Counted from the first letter of the stretch, positions 37,631 to 50,200 are shown. The stretch is 64,000 nucleotides of DNA from Rhizodiscina lignyota (GCA_010015805.1 ML978132.1:248001-312000); one strand, 5' to 3'. The notes: a model not told the origin generated them from the sequence alone. Numbers and translations: made by a program.

Positions 37631-38038
37631 TGATTGAGAATAGTAGTTTTGTTATGTGCCATTAGTGTAACATCGTAGCCATTCTAAATTCGAGCTGTTA
37701 GGCACATCGAACTGCTATGATGTATGCCTCCTTCAATCAATAGAGATTGCAGGGCTCGAAGCTGTACACTTTTGCCAAAGAATTAGCTAAAGTATAGCAT
37801 ATCAAGTTTTCAGAGACGGTCTCGCTTGCGCAGAAAAGCAAAGCTCGCCTGCGCTACGGGATATTCCTCCAATTGTTGTAAAGCTCATTACGGTACTCCC
37901 TGATCCCGTCACTGCCGCTCATGCTCTCGGTGACGTATTAGTTCAAATCTCCCACCTACTACCCCCACCCAGGGACAGATAGAGTTCGACAAAGGTGTTT
38001 CAGTAACGCTAGAAATCACGGAATGGCTCGGAGTTCGT

Positions 38039-38900
38039 TCACAACGGCAGAATTTGTATTTCTGATGCAGGATTGGGATTCGATTCGAGAAGATCCATAA
38101 TCAGCGGCCTGGGCTCCGGTGGAGGGATTATGTCGCTGATTTGAACCAATATGGAACCAATATTACCACGGGACTGCCCACGCAGGATTCGAGCTAAGAC
38201 TCTGACTAGAGCTTGAGTGAACGTGAGTCCTTCTCCCGCTGTTTCCTGAGTCGTGCCACAAGCGGCTAGCATCTGCACTCTGCGGCCGAAGTTACGCGGG
38301 TGGAATGCATCGAAAGCGCGGAGGAGATCTCGTGGCGCAAATCCCGAGTAGCAACAGTCCATTATGAAAAGTGTATCGCAGGACGCTTCTTGTAGTAATG
38401 GAGTGGCAAGTGCATCAAAATCCACGATACTGGGTCGAACGTCAGGATCCTGTCTGGCAAACTGGTCAGCATTTGGCATACAGCTTCTCATTTGCGGTAC
38501 TTACGACTCCAAGACCAACCTCCCATGCCGAAGACGGCCATGACCAACGTAATACAGGACAAATAAAAACTGCGGTTGCTGCATGAACTCATAGACGTAT
38601 CGCCTTAGCTGAGGCGAGAACAAGAGTCTGGGGCTGGAACGTCGTCGTGTGGTAGAGAGATCCACAATAGCCAGCGTCGTGATTGAATTCTTCGGTGACC
38701 ATGTGGAACATGTCCGTAACATCCTTATCGTCTCCCCCAAAAGAGTCCTGCCAGCATACGAGAAGCCAGAAAATTGGCTGATTCGATATGGATGTCAAGT
38801 TGATGTCCTCCGATGGTGGTCCATACTCCGATGGAAACGATGATGGGCCATATGAAGGTTGAAATTGTGGTGCACCATATGGAAGGGGCGGGAAACGCAT
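38039..38900 (-). pseudogene. Caspase-like (clan CD) cysteine protease, apparently frameshifted
   Basis: FVLYYVGHG (His), LFIMDCCYSG (Cys) and MLAACG...FTQALV. Intron ~38454-38504. The N-terminal frame switches near 38683 with no usable intron. Confidence 0.7.
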
Positions 38901-39314
38901 GATGGGGCATATAAATAAGAGGCTGCCTAAGAGGCTGCCGAAGACGACCAAAATGGAGAAGGCTTTGGGAAGAACATACGCAGTGAACAAGAATTTATAA
39001 GGGAACAACAGTCATACATGAGCGTAAAGTCGAACCTTCTGGTGCAGTTGTCACAACGGAAACATCGCACAAGCGCTTAATGGCGCTTTTGCTGCTGCCA
39101 AATAAAGGAAGCCATGAGAGCTGAGGATGCTGTGTTACCATAATGAAAGCTGGAATGATCAACTGACCGTGAGTCGTGGCTGAGAGCTTAGGTGCAAGAG
39201 TGGAAAGGCAAGTTTTCGATGTACGATAGCGCTTGTGCAACTTTGGCTATCAAAGTAATTGTAATCATATCATGAAATTTGAAAATGACCTCGATCAATA
39301 CAGGGTAGTCGTTC

Positions 39315-40892
39315 CTAGCGGCCGAAATATTTAAGCTCCAGATATCTGGCCGGGACGTAGCTCAACGCTGTCACCACAAAAGTGAACTCGTTGCCCACGT
39401 CGCCTCCAAACTCTCCAATCACCTTCGCAAGAGGTCCGACATACCAGGTCTCATCCATGCCCATGCACCATGCGATCACGCCCAGTCCAAATGCAGCAGC
39501 TGCGCCGATTCCAAGAGGCAGCCTCGCTGGATCATTCCAGCCTTCAAGATCGTAGTTCTCGAACTTGCCCTTGCGGAAGATGTAGTGTTCCTCAAACAGA
39601 ATGATCGCGTAGCTCGTGCACCAGTAACCCAACAGACTCAAGAAGTCTTGCAGGTATGTGTTCAGCTTTTCACGGCCTCCCAGTGCCAACGCTAAGATGC
39701 AGGCGAAGCAGAAGATTGTCCAAATGAATCGAGGGATGCGAGCAAAAGGTCGGGAGAACTGCTGGAACGAGATCGCGGCGCTGTATATGCTGATGACGTT
39801 GACGTTGATGCCGGAGAGCACGAGGAGAGTGAGGAGGAACTTGGCGAAGCCGCGAGGGTACAGCATGTCTTGGATAAGATAGCCGATACCCTCATTGTTG
39901 TAAGCGTCTGCCCAATCGGCTCTGTTGTTCAGAGCGGAGGCCACGACGCAACCCGCGACCATGCCGATTGACGTGGGAATGGCAATGCCGAAGGTCGTCA
40001 TAAAGAAAACCTTGACGCGGCTAACGTTGGCTGGATAATGGACATAGTAATCAGAAGCCATTGTGCACCAGGAGGCACTGGAGCCATAGACAATGGCCAA
40101 CAAAGTCAGAACTGTTCCGGACAGCGTAGCTCCAGTGACAGAGGCGGGAGTGGTGTTATCCGCGTATTTTCCGGTCTCGCCATAAAAGATCAGGAAAATG
40201 ACGAAGAAAATGAACCAGGCATATCGTTCGTAGATCAGGATGGCATTTAGGCCCACAAAGGAGATGAAGAGCGCCACTACCGCGAGGATGATGATGCCCA
40301 CAACTAGGGAGACGTGCCCATCGGCCACAGCAGTCAGAGCTAAGCCACCAGTGATGCAGGACACAGCAGCCCAGCCCATTTGCTGGACGCTGTTAAGAAG
40401 AGCCACCACCTTGTTTGGCCACCATCCAAAGCTGTACCGGCTAACGCTGATTTGTCGTAAACCTGTCGCCGCTCCGAAGGTCGCGCAGTATCCAGTGAGT
40501 GCACCGCCGAGAAGGGAAGCAAATATAGTGATGACGATAGACTGCTTCAAGCTGAGGCCGAACTCCCAGCCGAGGAATCCAGTAGCAAAGCATGAAGTGT
40601 TCATCGTGCCGCTGGCCCACAGCAATGCCATGCTGAGCTGTTGGTGCCACGGAACTGGTCCCTTGTCCTCGGCACGTTTGCGATCAATGGCTTCGGACTC
40701 AATACCGAGTTTGGTGTCCAGCCGCGATTCGAATTGACGAAGCCGTGATAGAATGCCATGGTCCTGGTGAACGACAGTGTTGTTGTATAGGATCGGCTCC
40801 GGGCCATCCTCCTCCCTGGAATCAACATCGACTCCCTTCTTGTCGTGGAAGTAGTCCGGCAGACCATTGCCTCGCTCTGGGTCGTATGCCAT
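39315..40892 (-). CDS. Purine-cytosine/pyridoxine permease, NCS1 family (Fcy2/Tpn1-like), intronless
   Basis: GLRQISVSRYSFGWW, YERYAW, ASDYYVHYP and WYVGPLA; ~12 TM segments. Confidence 0.9.
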   Translation of the reverse strand: MAYDPERGNGLPDYFHDKKGVDVDSREEDGPEPILYNNTVVHQDHGILSRLRQFESRLDTKLGIESEAIDRKRAEDKGPVPWHQQLSMALLWASGTMNTSCFATGFLGWEFGLSLKQSIVITIFASLLGGALTGYCATFGAATGLRQISVSRYSFGWWPNKVVALLNSVQQMGWAAVSCITGGLALTAVADGHVSLVVGIIILAVVALFISFVGLNAILIYERYAWFIFFVIFLIFYGETGKYADNTTPASVTGATLSGTVLTLLAIVYGSSASWCTMASDYYVHYPANVSRVKVFFMTTFGIAIPTSIGMVAGCVVASALNNRADWADAYNNEGIGYLIQDMLYPRGFAKFLLTLLVLSGINVNVISIYSAAISFQQFSRPFARIPRFIWTIFCFACILALALGGREKLNTYLQDFLSLLGYWCTSYAIILFEEHYIFRKGKFENYDLEGWNDPARLPLGIGAAAAFGLGVIAWCMGMDETWYVGPLAKVIGEFGGDVGNEFTFVVTALSYVPARYLELKYFGR

Positions 40893-42156
40893 TTTGCAGC
40901 GCTTGAAAGAGCAGCAACAGATGGATGGACATGTCGCGTGCTGACGCGGGGAACTTAAGAGCTCGATAGACGACGGCAAAAGGAAGAGCGTGGCAAGGGA
41001 CGCTTATCTACAGGACCTAGCGAACGTCTGGAACCATTTCCGAATGTCCATTGTGGGTGGCTTGGTAGGCATGGAGCTGCCCATTTGGTGCCCTTTGCCG
41101 GGCGATCGTGTGCTTCTAGACTAGCAATGGAAGGTGAGGTATGATGCATTATGTCGGCCTTCCCGTTGTTACATCTCCCGCCGACCATTCAAGGCCAGTT
41201 CTGACAGGCGCAGGCTAGCTGAAGATGGTAAGAGCGCATACAAGCAAAATTTCAAGCTCAGGACGGGCCGCTAGCCTCAAAGCTTGGTTGGTGGCGGTGG
41301 TGGCTGCTCGGTGGCCATTCCAGGAACCGGAGAAGCGCTTATCGGCCCTATCGAAGGCCCGACTGGAACCTCGGAGGTGACCAAAAAGTTGAGCCGTCAT
41401 TTTATAAAGGCGTCAAACTGCGCAAACAATTGAATTATTCTGCCGAAAATAAGCACAATGCACAATATCTGTGGCCCAGACAAATGCCCTCCGAAGTATA
41501 TTGATTCAAACTTTCTCGGCTTCTCTTTCTTATCTTGGAGAGCGGACTGGCCTGTCGTGGGGTGACTTGGTCGTACACTTCGTATCGCAATCGACTTTTA
41601 TGTCTCCACGCAGCCAGCATCGAGCTCGAGCTTCTCCGCTAAACTCTTCGTGGGCGTTGCTCGTATAGGAATTCCGGACTCCTCCCCGTCGCTCCAAGTT
41701 TTCTTGTCACCCAAAGCAACATACAAAACAACGACATTCCCATCGCTGCGCCCTCTTGTAACCGCACCTGTCAATGATTCGCCATAAGAATGGAGAGATC
41801 ACTGGCTTGCGCCGTTGCTTCACGCCGAATTCGACTCGCGTCTCTGAGCGATGATTAAAGGGCGTATCTTTCGCTGGATCCGGGGTAATGGTCTCCATGC
41901 CATCATAAACTCTCCAGTTCCGGCCCAAGGCTTTAACAGAGCATCCAATAATAGCAATGTGTTCCTGAAATCGATGGGTTTGTATTGCATAATGCGAAAG
42001 TCACTCCGTAGTCTCGTCATTGGAGAATTATCTCCGGTTTTTCTTAAGTCACAGCGATGGCACTTGCTGAGATTCATAAAGCAGCTTATCCAACCCATCT
42101 AGTGTTTCCTGTCCACTTTTAAGCAAGACCTCGCAAAACTCAACCCAAACATTATC

Positions 42157-43005
42157 ATGCAGCCCATTGTTGCGGAGAACGTTCTGATTACGGGAAGCCG
42201 GATCACTTATGGCATATATGGCGACGGTGAGCCAGTTGTACTGCTGCATGGAACCCCCTCTTCGTCCCTCATCTGGCGGAATGTCGTCCCACACTTAGTT
42301 ACAGCCGGCTATAAGGTTCACGTTTTTGATCTGCTTGGATACGGGCTTTCGGAGCGACCATGGGATCCATCCGTCGATACCTCCATCTCCGGTCAGGTTC
42401 CCATTCTCGAAGGCCTTCTTGCACACTGGGGCTTGGCCACAACTCATATTGTAGCTCACGACATTGGTGGCGGCATTGCTCAACGCTTCGCAATTTTCTC
42501 ACCAGATCGGGTGCGCTCGCTGACACTTATCGACGTAGTCAGCTTCGACAGCTATCCCTCGAAGCGCACGAAACAGCAGATGCAGGAGGGGCTTGAATCT
42601 CAGATCAGAGCGAAGGACGAGGACCACCGAGCGCATTTTAGGGAATGGCTACTATCCACAGTCCAGGACCAGCAGAAGCTCGCCGCGACCAGTCTGGATA
42701 CCTTCATGAATTATATCAGCGGACCCATTGGTCAGGCCAGTTTATTCCAACACCAGGTCCGTCATTACGATCCGAAACATACGATGGAGATAGCAGACCG
42801 TATGCATGAGTTGGGTCAACTGCCTGTCAAATTGATCTGGGGTGCGGACGATGCCTGGCAGGTTGTTGATTGGGCGCATAAGCTGAACCGGACGATTCCT
42901 TGCTCGGAGCTGGATATTTTAGAAAATTGTGGGCATTTCTCGCCGGAAGATCAACCTGAGAGGCTCTCTCAACTTCTCGTGTCATTTCTAAAGCAGCATT
43001 CATGA
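42157..43005 (+). CDS. Alpha/beta hydrolase (Asp-nucleophile, epoxide hydrolase/dehalogenase-like), intronless
   Basis: LLHGTPSSSLIW, DLLGYGLS, nucleophile elbow AHDIGG, IWGADDAW and GHFSPEDQPE. Confidence 0.9.
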   Translation: MQPIVAENVLITGSRITYGIYGDGEPVVLLHGTPSSSLIWRNVVPHLVTAGYKVHVFDLLGYGLSERPWDPSVDTSISGQVPILEGLLAHWGLATTHIVAHDIGGGIAQRFAIFSPDRVRSLTLIDVVSFDSYPSKRTKQQMQEGLESQIRAKDEDHRAHFREWLLSTVQDQQKLAATSLDTFMNYISGPIGQASLFQHQVRHYDPKHTMEIADRMHELGQLPVKLIWGADDAWQVVDWAHKLNRTIPCSELDILENCGHFSPEDQPERLSQLLVSFLKQHS

Positions 43006-43108
43006 TGCATTGAACTGTCAAATACAGGGAACTCTTTTATGATCGCTTTCATATGTAACGAACTGTTAGGCGAGTGAGTTTTCAGCTGCAGTGCTGTTGG
43101 CCGCCTGA

Positions 43109-43813
43109 TCAAGGAAATTCATCTCCAATCACCACGCTCGTGTTTGTGGCAAAGACCTTACTGATTTTCATTCCCACATAGAACTCGTTTGCGTTTGGGC
43201 TGTCGCTAACCGTTTCGCTTGCAACGAATATGCTATTCTGCAGGTTCGCATATTTCTCACTTCCGCCGCGGAAGGTGGGGACCCACACTGTGATACTGTT
43301 AAGGAGATGAAGGTAGAATTTCACTCTTTTTCTTACCAGAATATACTGCACCATAAGGAATCGCAAGGCCCTTCGTCTTGTTCGTTGCCACGATGGATGC
43401 GAGCGTAGCATCTGGATATTGGATACCTGACGCCTGCATCTGGAACGGAACAGAGCCGTCATCTGGGATGACAATTCCACTCAGACCGGGTCGTGAAATA
43501 CCATCCGACGGGTCGATGGTCAGATAATCTTCGCCATGGAGGAACGTCGCGGTGAAGCTTGGCTGAAAGCCGGGCTCCGATCGCAATGTCGCAGTTGTCA
43601 CCTGTCCAAGGCCCAGCGATCCACCTGTGCTCAGATTGCCGAGATCTTCCTGTTTACAACAGTTAGGCCGCTGACGACTTAATGAGGGTGGCACATACGA
43701 CAACTCGAACGGTGGCCTAGATTATGTCAATAAGTTGTGCGTATGCGACGAACATATGTTGGCTGGCTTACGTTCCAGAAGAGAGCGGGTAGAAGGTAGT
43801 TGAAAGAATGCAT
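43109..43813 (-). CDS. DUF3237-like beta-barrel protein, 4 exons including an 18-nt micro-exon
   Basis: RSEPGFQPSF.ATFLHGEDYL.IDP and PTFRGGSEKYANLQNSIFVASE; micro-exon 43699-43716 (ATVRVV). Confidence 0.7.
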
Positions 43814-44398
43814 CTTAGGATCAAGAATCTCATTCACTTTGAGGAGCACCTGACCATTTCATTCCATCGCTGTTTTTATATTGTCTTGATCTCGGGTTTC
43901 TTCGATACTACTGACGCCATAGTGCCCATCACACTGCTCAGCCGTCTTGGAAAGAGCGCCCAGGTTACACTCATGCGCTTACATTCCTCCGTCGTCAGCA
44001 TGGACGTCATGCTATAAATGTGAATGTATGTTTGAGGACTAGTGGTTGTGTGATACAGCGATATCCGACACTTCGGCAGACTCGGGTTCGGGTTCGCGCA
44101 GAGACCCGGCGACATATTCAGACTATGATCGCGCTTTTCTTCAATGACAAACCTCTGCTAACAAAGATCGTCATAATTTGTCAGTTAAAATCACAATATA
44201 CTGTTTATGCGTAAGCAAATTTGGCGGAAATGAGCGTGCAGCCGGACATCGAGATGCTCCGCACATCGTGGTCGGAGTTCTGGGGGAGTAAAAGGTGGAT
44301 AACAATAGAACATATCACGAAACCTCCCACGAAAGTGAGGAACAACTCACACTTAATTGACATTGATGTTTTCTCGGGCTTCTTTTAATCACTGCAGG

Positions 44399-45433
44399 AT
44401 GCACGTCTTAAATTATCTTTGGTACTCAATAGTCACGGCTTCCCTCGTTCACGCTCTACCATTACCAGGCGACTCTGCTGTCGGCGTTATTTGGACCTTT
44501 CCAAACGGGACATGGATAGAGAACCTCGCTGTCCGGCAGAATGGTGAGGTTCTGTGTACTTCTCTTACCAAGGCTGCCCTCTACATGGTCAATCCTTTTC
44601 AGCACACAGCACAATTGGTACATCAGTTCGATCAAGGCGATGATCTTCTCGGAATAACTGAGGTCGAAAATGATGTCTTCGCTATTGTTTCTGCCAATAT
44701 CTCGTTCACGACGAGCACGGCTATGCCTGGGTCTGCTGCGCTGTGGAGAGTGGATATGGCAGCGTGGGAGCAAGTAAGTTTTGCATGTTTTCGGCAGGAG
44801 CTCGCCATAACGCAATTCTAGGGCATGCCAAATGCAGTAACTTTGGTCAGCAGGCTCCTCGACGTAGGGCTTCCAGATGGTATCGTGGCTCTGCCAGACC
44901 AGCTCGGACTGGCTCTCCTTGCGGATGCAGCGAAGGGAAGAGTTTGGAAAGTAGACGTGTGGACAGGAGAGCACTCCGTTGCCTTTCAAAGCGAACTGTT
45001 TCGGCCAAACACCTCGGTCTTGCCGCTAGGAATCGACGGCCTTAGCATCTGGAAAGACAATCTCTTCTTCACCAACATTGCAAGAAGTGTATTTGGCCAT
45101 GTCCCCATCAGTCAAAACGGCAGTGCCACAGGTCCGATTCAGCAAATCGCGGAAACGCCCTTTGGGGATGATTTCGCAATCGCTGTAGATGGAACAGCGT
45201 ATGTTGTTGGTGACAATACTCTCTTCGGGGTTGATTTGGAAGGCTCAGCCAAGATACTTGCTGGCGGCCCGGATGACCTCACTTTGGAAGGAGCCACATC
45301 GGCGCAGTTTGGACGGACGTCCATGGATGATGGTGTGCTGTATATTGGCACTAATGGAGGCCTTCTGAGCCCTGTTGATGGAGAGATTCGCGGAGGACAA
45401 TTACTAGCTATTAACACGAAGTTATTTGATTAG
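44399..45433 (+). CDS. Secreted six-bladed beta-propeller (SMP-30/gluconolactonase-like)
   Basis: Signal peptide-like N-terminus, WIENLAVRQNG, LLGITE, PLGIDG, GDDFAI and ATSAQFGR; intron ~44774-44821. Confidence 0.82.
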
Positions 45434-45524
45434 ACTTGATGCGGCTTGAAGCTCCTTCACCAATCAGAAGGCAGCACGAGAGACAAATTAGTTGAAACAA
45501 CATCCCACAGTCTGATCGAACTCT

Positions 45525-46370
45525 TTAGGATTCCAAAAGTGGCATAACATAGTGTAGCATCTCCAATGCCTCTCCTGAACAGGAGATCTTGGTACTCGTG
45601 CCTGGCTTCAAATGGATCGTTGATTCATTGCGCAACTGCTCAGCGCCCGCAGAGCCTGACCCATTCAACACGAAGATCAGATGATTAGCCTCGTCTCCTC
45701 CAAGCTTCAAGCTTCCACCGTCCTCAATTTTGAGCATTTCCGCACGGATTTCCCGCTCCGAGAAGACGCCCATGGTCTTTTTGAACACCTTGTCAACTTT
45801 GCCGTACGGCTTCCAAGCAAAGGCATTTGGAGACATAATAATCGGCGCGTTATATCTCTTATCCGGATAGACGAGCTTCCTGCCATTAGTATGCTCCCAG
45901 ATGGCCTCGAATCCATCCTTGGTGTGCCCATCGGAATAATACTTTCCCTTCTCAAACTTCCCTGACTTGGCGAGTTCCTTGTTCGCCGCTCCGAGCTGAG
46001 CGAAGGACAAGTAGCCTTGGCCACTTGCGCCGCCGCATTGTAGCACCAGGACTATCCGGTCTTCATCGCCATCATCTTCCTGTGGCCCGTAATACGCTGC
46101 CTCTGGATGGTACGAAAGTTGTCCCTCGCGGAGAACCATTTGAGATCCAAGGCTGACGCTGCCCTTGACCGCATATCGAAACTGGTCGAAGTTGTGACGG
46201 TGCGTTGGAGAATAAAAGTCTCGCTGCTGGGCTAGCGCAAAGTAAAAGTTCTCTGGTGTGCCCTCGACGCCGCGCGCGAGATTCTTGAAACTCAGCCCGG
46301 CGCCACGGTGGGACAGAGTGAGGGGTTCAAAGGAGAGGTCGGAACCCTGAGTGACTTCCATGTTGTACAA
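45525..46370 (-). CDS. Cupin-like (double-stranded beta-helix) hypothetical protein, intronless
   Basis: SPTHRHNFDQFRY, YHPE..YYGPQ and LQCGGASGQGY; 281 aa ORF. Confidence 0.7.
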   Translation of the reverse strand: MYNMEVTQGSDLSFEPLTLSHRGAGLSFKNLARGVEGTPENFYFALAQQRDFYSPTHRHNFDQFRYAVKGSVSLGSQMVLREGQLSYHPEAAYYGPQEDDGDEDRIVLVLQCGGASGQGYLSFAQLGAANKELAKSGKFEKGKYYSDGHTKDGFEAIWEHTNGRKLVYPDKRYNAPIIMSPNAFAWKPYGKVDKVFKKTMGVFSEREIRAEMLKIEDGGSLKLGGDEANHLIFVLNGSGSAGAEQLRNESTIHLKPGTSTKISCSGEALEMLHYVMPLLES

Positions 46371-47234
46371 TGACGTCGTGGTGGAAAAAGAAAGAGATAC
46401 TTGGCGAATAGACTACGATACTGGGAAACGAGAATCGCCCTGGATATCTGATAGATCCTTCTGTCCCGCCTCTTGACGTTGGTTCTTAGAAGGCGATATG
46501 TACGAAACACAACAAGCCTCAATTAACACGAACCGGGCAGAAATCAAGCATTTGCGCTCCATGATGCCCAAATGGGAACTCGTGATTATCTCACGCCCGA
46601 GTCCCGAATCCTATCACAAGGATCCGGAACTTGCTCCGCCGAGGACTCGAAGAGAAAATGCCTGGCTCCATTGCCGTTCAGGGATGCCGCGACAGAAGTT
46701 CCTGAGTATCGAAAGGCACGAGGGGGTTTACTGCCCGTCGGAATCTAAAGCCTTGCATCGATATCTTCGGCATGCAGCCAGTCACAAGAAGGCTCAGCAA
46801 CCGAAGGGCGTTGCTGTATCTCGAGTCATGTCGCGCCTCTTTTGCGGGGAGAAAGTGTCGAGGTGAGTCAATGACAGTGATGTGAAATCAATTGATAGAG
46901 AACCGTTTACTTTTAACTTGCACGCCAAGGAGATTTGTCGTGAGATCACGAGATTCAGTTCTCACCAGTCGCCCAACCCTGGTCGTTTCCACGCTGTGGA
47001 GACGTCTGCCAAGACCGACGATAGCTCGCCATTCCAGCGCCATCCACCGCGACAACACTGACCGCGGGTGTCTGGTACTTGCCTTCCTACCTTCACGGCT
47101 CCTTCTTATTATTTATTTGTACCTTTCCTGCCTCTCTTTTCTCATATCCCCAATTGATTGCACACCGACCAAGCATCTACGCCTGTACATACACATGAAA
47201 TCGTCATTGGTGGCGGTTCGGTAGAGGGTGGCTA

Positions 47235-50200
47235 ATGTTCGCCCATTGCGACGGTCCAACGTGGAGGTTGGACGATTTCTCTCCTTGTTTCCAGAGGGAG
47301 TGAGTAGCTACCATGTGTCGTTGACGGAATTATGATGAGCTAATGATAATTCCAGCTACCTGCAAACTCTATTCCCCCTCATCGTCTGCGGTGTCTCCTT
47401 CCTATACCTCTGCGTACAGCTCATCGCGTCAGCACGAGACTCACGCTACTACCATGCATACAAAGCACTCGACCATGTCGGCCATGTTTGGAACATCAGA
47501 GTTCGCGGCGGGGAACAGAATGGTCGACCACCCTATCCGGACGAAGGCACAGACAGTAGCGAAGATGAATTCGACCGAAGCAATTACCTCACACTGCAGC
47601 GAACAATAACACAAGAGTCAATTCGAGAAGTAAACAAGCCAACAGGGGAGTTGTGGGTTGTATTGGCAGAGGAGGCGGCAGTGCTCGTAGAGCTTGGCTT
47701 GCATGTGGCAATACTGGTGACTGGAGCATTCGGCAAGAAGAGCACGATCGCAGCAATCGCAGGGGTTGTCATTTGGGCATATCTTGCAATACTGGCGTCT
47801 CTACGGTTGCTCTTCTCGAGTTTTTCGAGGCTATCATTCCCGAAGCTGTGGTACCATACCTCATTTAGCTATGGCTTCTTGTGGGTGTTCTCGCTCGCCC
47901 TATTCCGGTCGGCCATAATCCACCCCCGATCTAACCTCGCTCGAAACTTTGCTATTGCCGACTTCGCCTTAGTCAGTGTCCTCTTTTTGATCGCTCTTAC
48001 CTCCAGGAAAGGGAACAAAGCAGTGGAGCTAGAATACGAGGGCGATTTAGAGCCATCCAAAGAGCAAACGGCAAGCGTACTATCTTTGGCAACTTTCGGC
48101 TGGGTGGACTCTATCGTATGGAAGGGATACTGGAAGGAGTACGAAATAGCCGACGTTTGGAACTTGCCGCCGCGAGATAAGGCCGCTTCGGTTATTGCTG
48201 ATTACCGACAGCTGAAGAAGACCCAAATTCTCGCATGGCATCTCCTGAGATACTTTAGAAGAGCATTGATTATTCAAGCGCTCTGGGCGGCACTATCAGG
48301 TTTCCTCACCTTCGCACCTACACTTCTCCTGAAGGCTATTCTGGAATACGTAGAGTCTCCTACAACCACTCCCAAGAATGCGGCGTGGCTTTTTGTCATT
48401 CTGCTGTTCGTCTCTGGATGTGCATCTGCGCTTGCGGACGGCCAGGCACTGTGGATAGGCCGCAAAATCTGTATTCGACTAAGAGCGGTCATCATTGGAG
48501 AGATCTACGCGAAGGCGCTCAAACGAAGAGCAGCAGCAGGGACCGATAGAGTCCTCGGCGAGGAAAAGAAATCCGATGGCAGTAAAACGCCGTCAATTTT
48601 GAAGCGAGCTTTTACTTTTGGCAAGAAGAAAGACTCCAAACCCCAGAAAGATGCGAATAAGGCTTCGACAGACATTGGTGACTCACAAGTCACATCGGGT
48701 ACGATCATCAATCTGATGGCAGTCGACTCCTTTAAAGTGAGCGAGATTTCCGCCTACCTGCATTTCTTGTGGGCCGCAACTCCAGTCCAAGTTGTGATGG
48801 CGATTTACCTCCTGTACCGCATCATGGGCTATTCCTCGATTGCCGGTATTGGGATGATGGCGTTTCTCCTTCCGATCAACATGACGATCTCGAGGCAGTT
48901 TGCGAAGATCCAAAAGCAGATTCTTGCGGCGACCGACGCCAGGATCCACACAACAAACGAGGTGCTGAGTAACATTCGAATCATCAAATTCTTCACCTGG
49001 GAGCAGCGTTTTATGAGCCTTGTCGATGAGAAAAGAGCGGTTGAGCTTCGCCATATCCGCAGGAGATATATGTGGTGGGCCACAGCCGCAACTGTGTGGT
49101 CTGGTGCGCCAATCATGATCACATTTTTGAGCTTCTTGGTCTACACACAGATCGAAAAGAAAGACTTGCTACCTTCTGTAGCATTCACGGCGCTTTCTCT
49201 ATTCCAGATCTTGCGCATACCCCTCGATCAGCTTGCAGATATGGTTGCGCATGTGCAAGAGTCGAAGGTGTCCGTCGACCGTATCGAGGAGTATATGAGC
49301 GAACCGGAGACCGATAAGTACAAGCAACTCAAAGACGAGAAAGAGGACGATGATGGGGAACCAGTCATTGGCTTCGACAATGCAACGTTTAGCTGGGGTG
49401 CTGTTGAAGGCCAAGATCCAGACATCTCGTCTGCTTTCAAGCTGATGGATATTGACTTCCACTTCATAGTCAATCAACTCAACGTCATTTCTGGGCCGAC
49501 AGGCTGTGGCAAAACGTCACTCCTCATGGCTCTACTTGGCGAGATGACCAAACTTGAGGGAAATGTCTATCTTCCAGGGGCAAGAAGCCGCGAGGATTTG
49601 GAGGCAGATCCTGAGACTGGATTGACGGAGAGTGTGGCTTATTGCGCTCAGCAAGCTTGGCTAGCCAACAATACCATCAAAGAGAACATCGTCTTTGCGA
49701 GCCCTTGGGATTCGCAGCGGTACCAGCAAGTCATAGTTGCCTGTTCATTGCAGCGCGATCTGGAAATCCTCGACGGTGGCGATCAGACGCTTGTCGGTGA
49801 GAAAGGTGTCACCCTATCTGGTGGACAGAAACAACGCATCTCCTTGGCTCGTGCACTGTACAGTCGTGCAAGGCACATTCTCCTAGATGATGTCTTGAGT
49901 GCAGTGGATTCGCATACTGCCAAATGGATCTTCGACCAGGCGCTGCTTGGCCCCTTGATGTATAACAGAACTTGCATCTTGGTTACGCACAATGTCGCCT
50001 TATGTTTGCCTCATGCTGGCTTCGCCGTTGTTCTGGAAAATGGGCGAATTGTGGCGAAAGGAACGGCTGCAGAGGTGATCGAATCTGGGAAGCTCAGTGA
50101 AGATCTTTCCAAGTCTCGGCCTGTGTCGCGAGGGCCTTCGCGTGTTCCATCCAGGGTTCCATCGGATGTCGGTGATGAGATGATGACACAAATAGCGACC

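Noticed and set aside
24003..38900. Rescue of the pseudogenes by A-to-I editing of premature stops
   Set aside because: The lesions include frameshifts, which editing cannot repair.
24003..38900. Starship or other large mobile element
   Set aside because: No DUF3435 tyrosine recombinase captain, transposase or boundary repeats are recognisable in this window.
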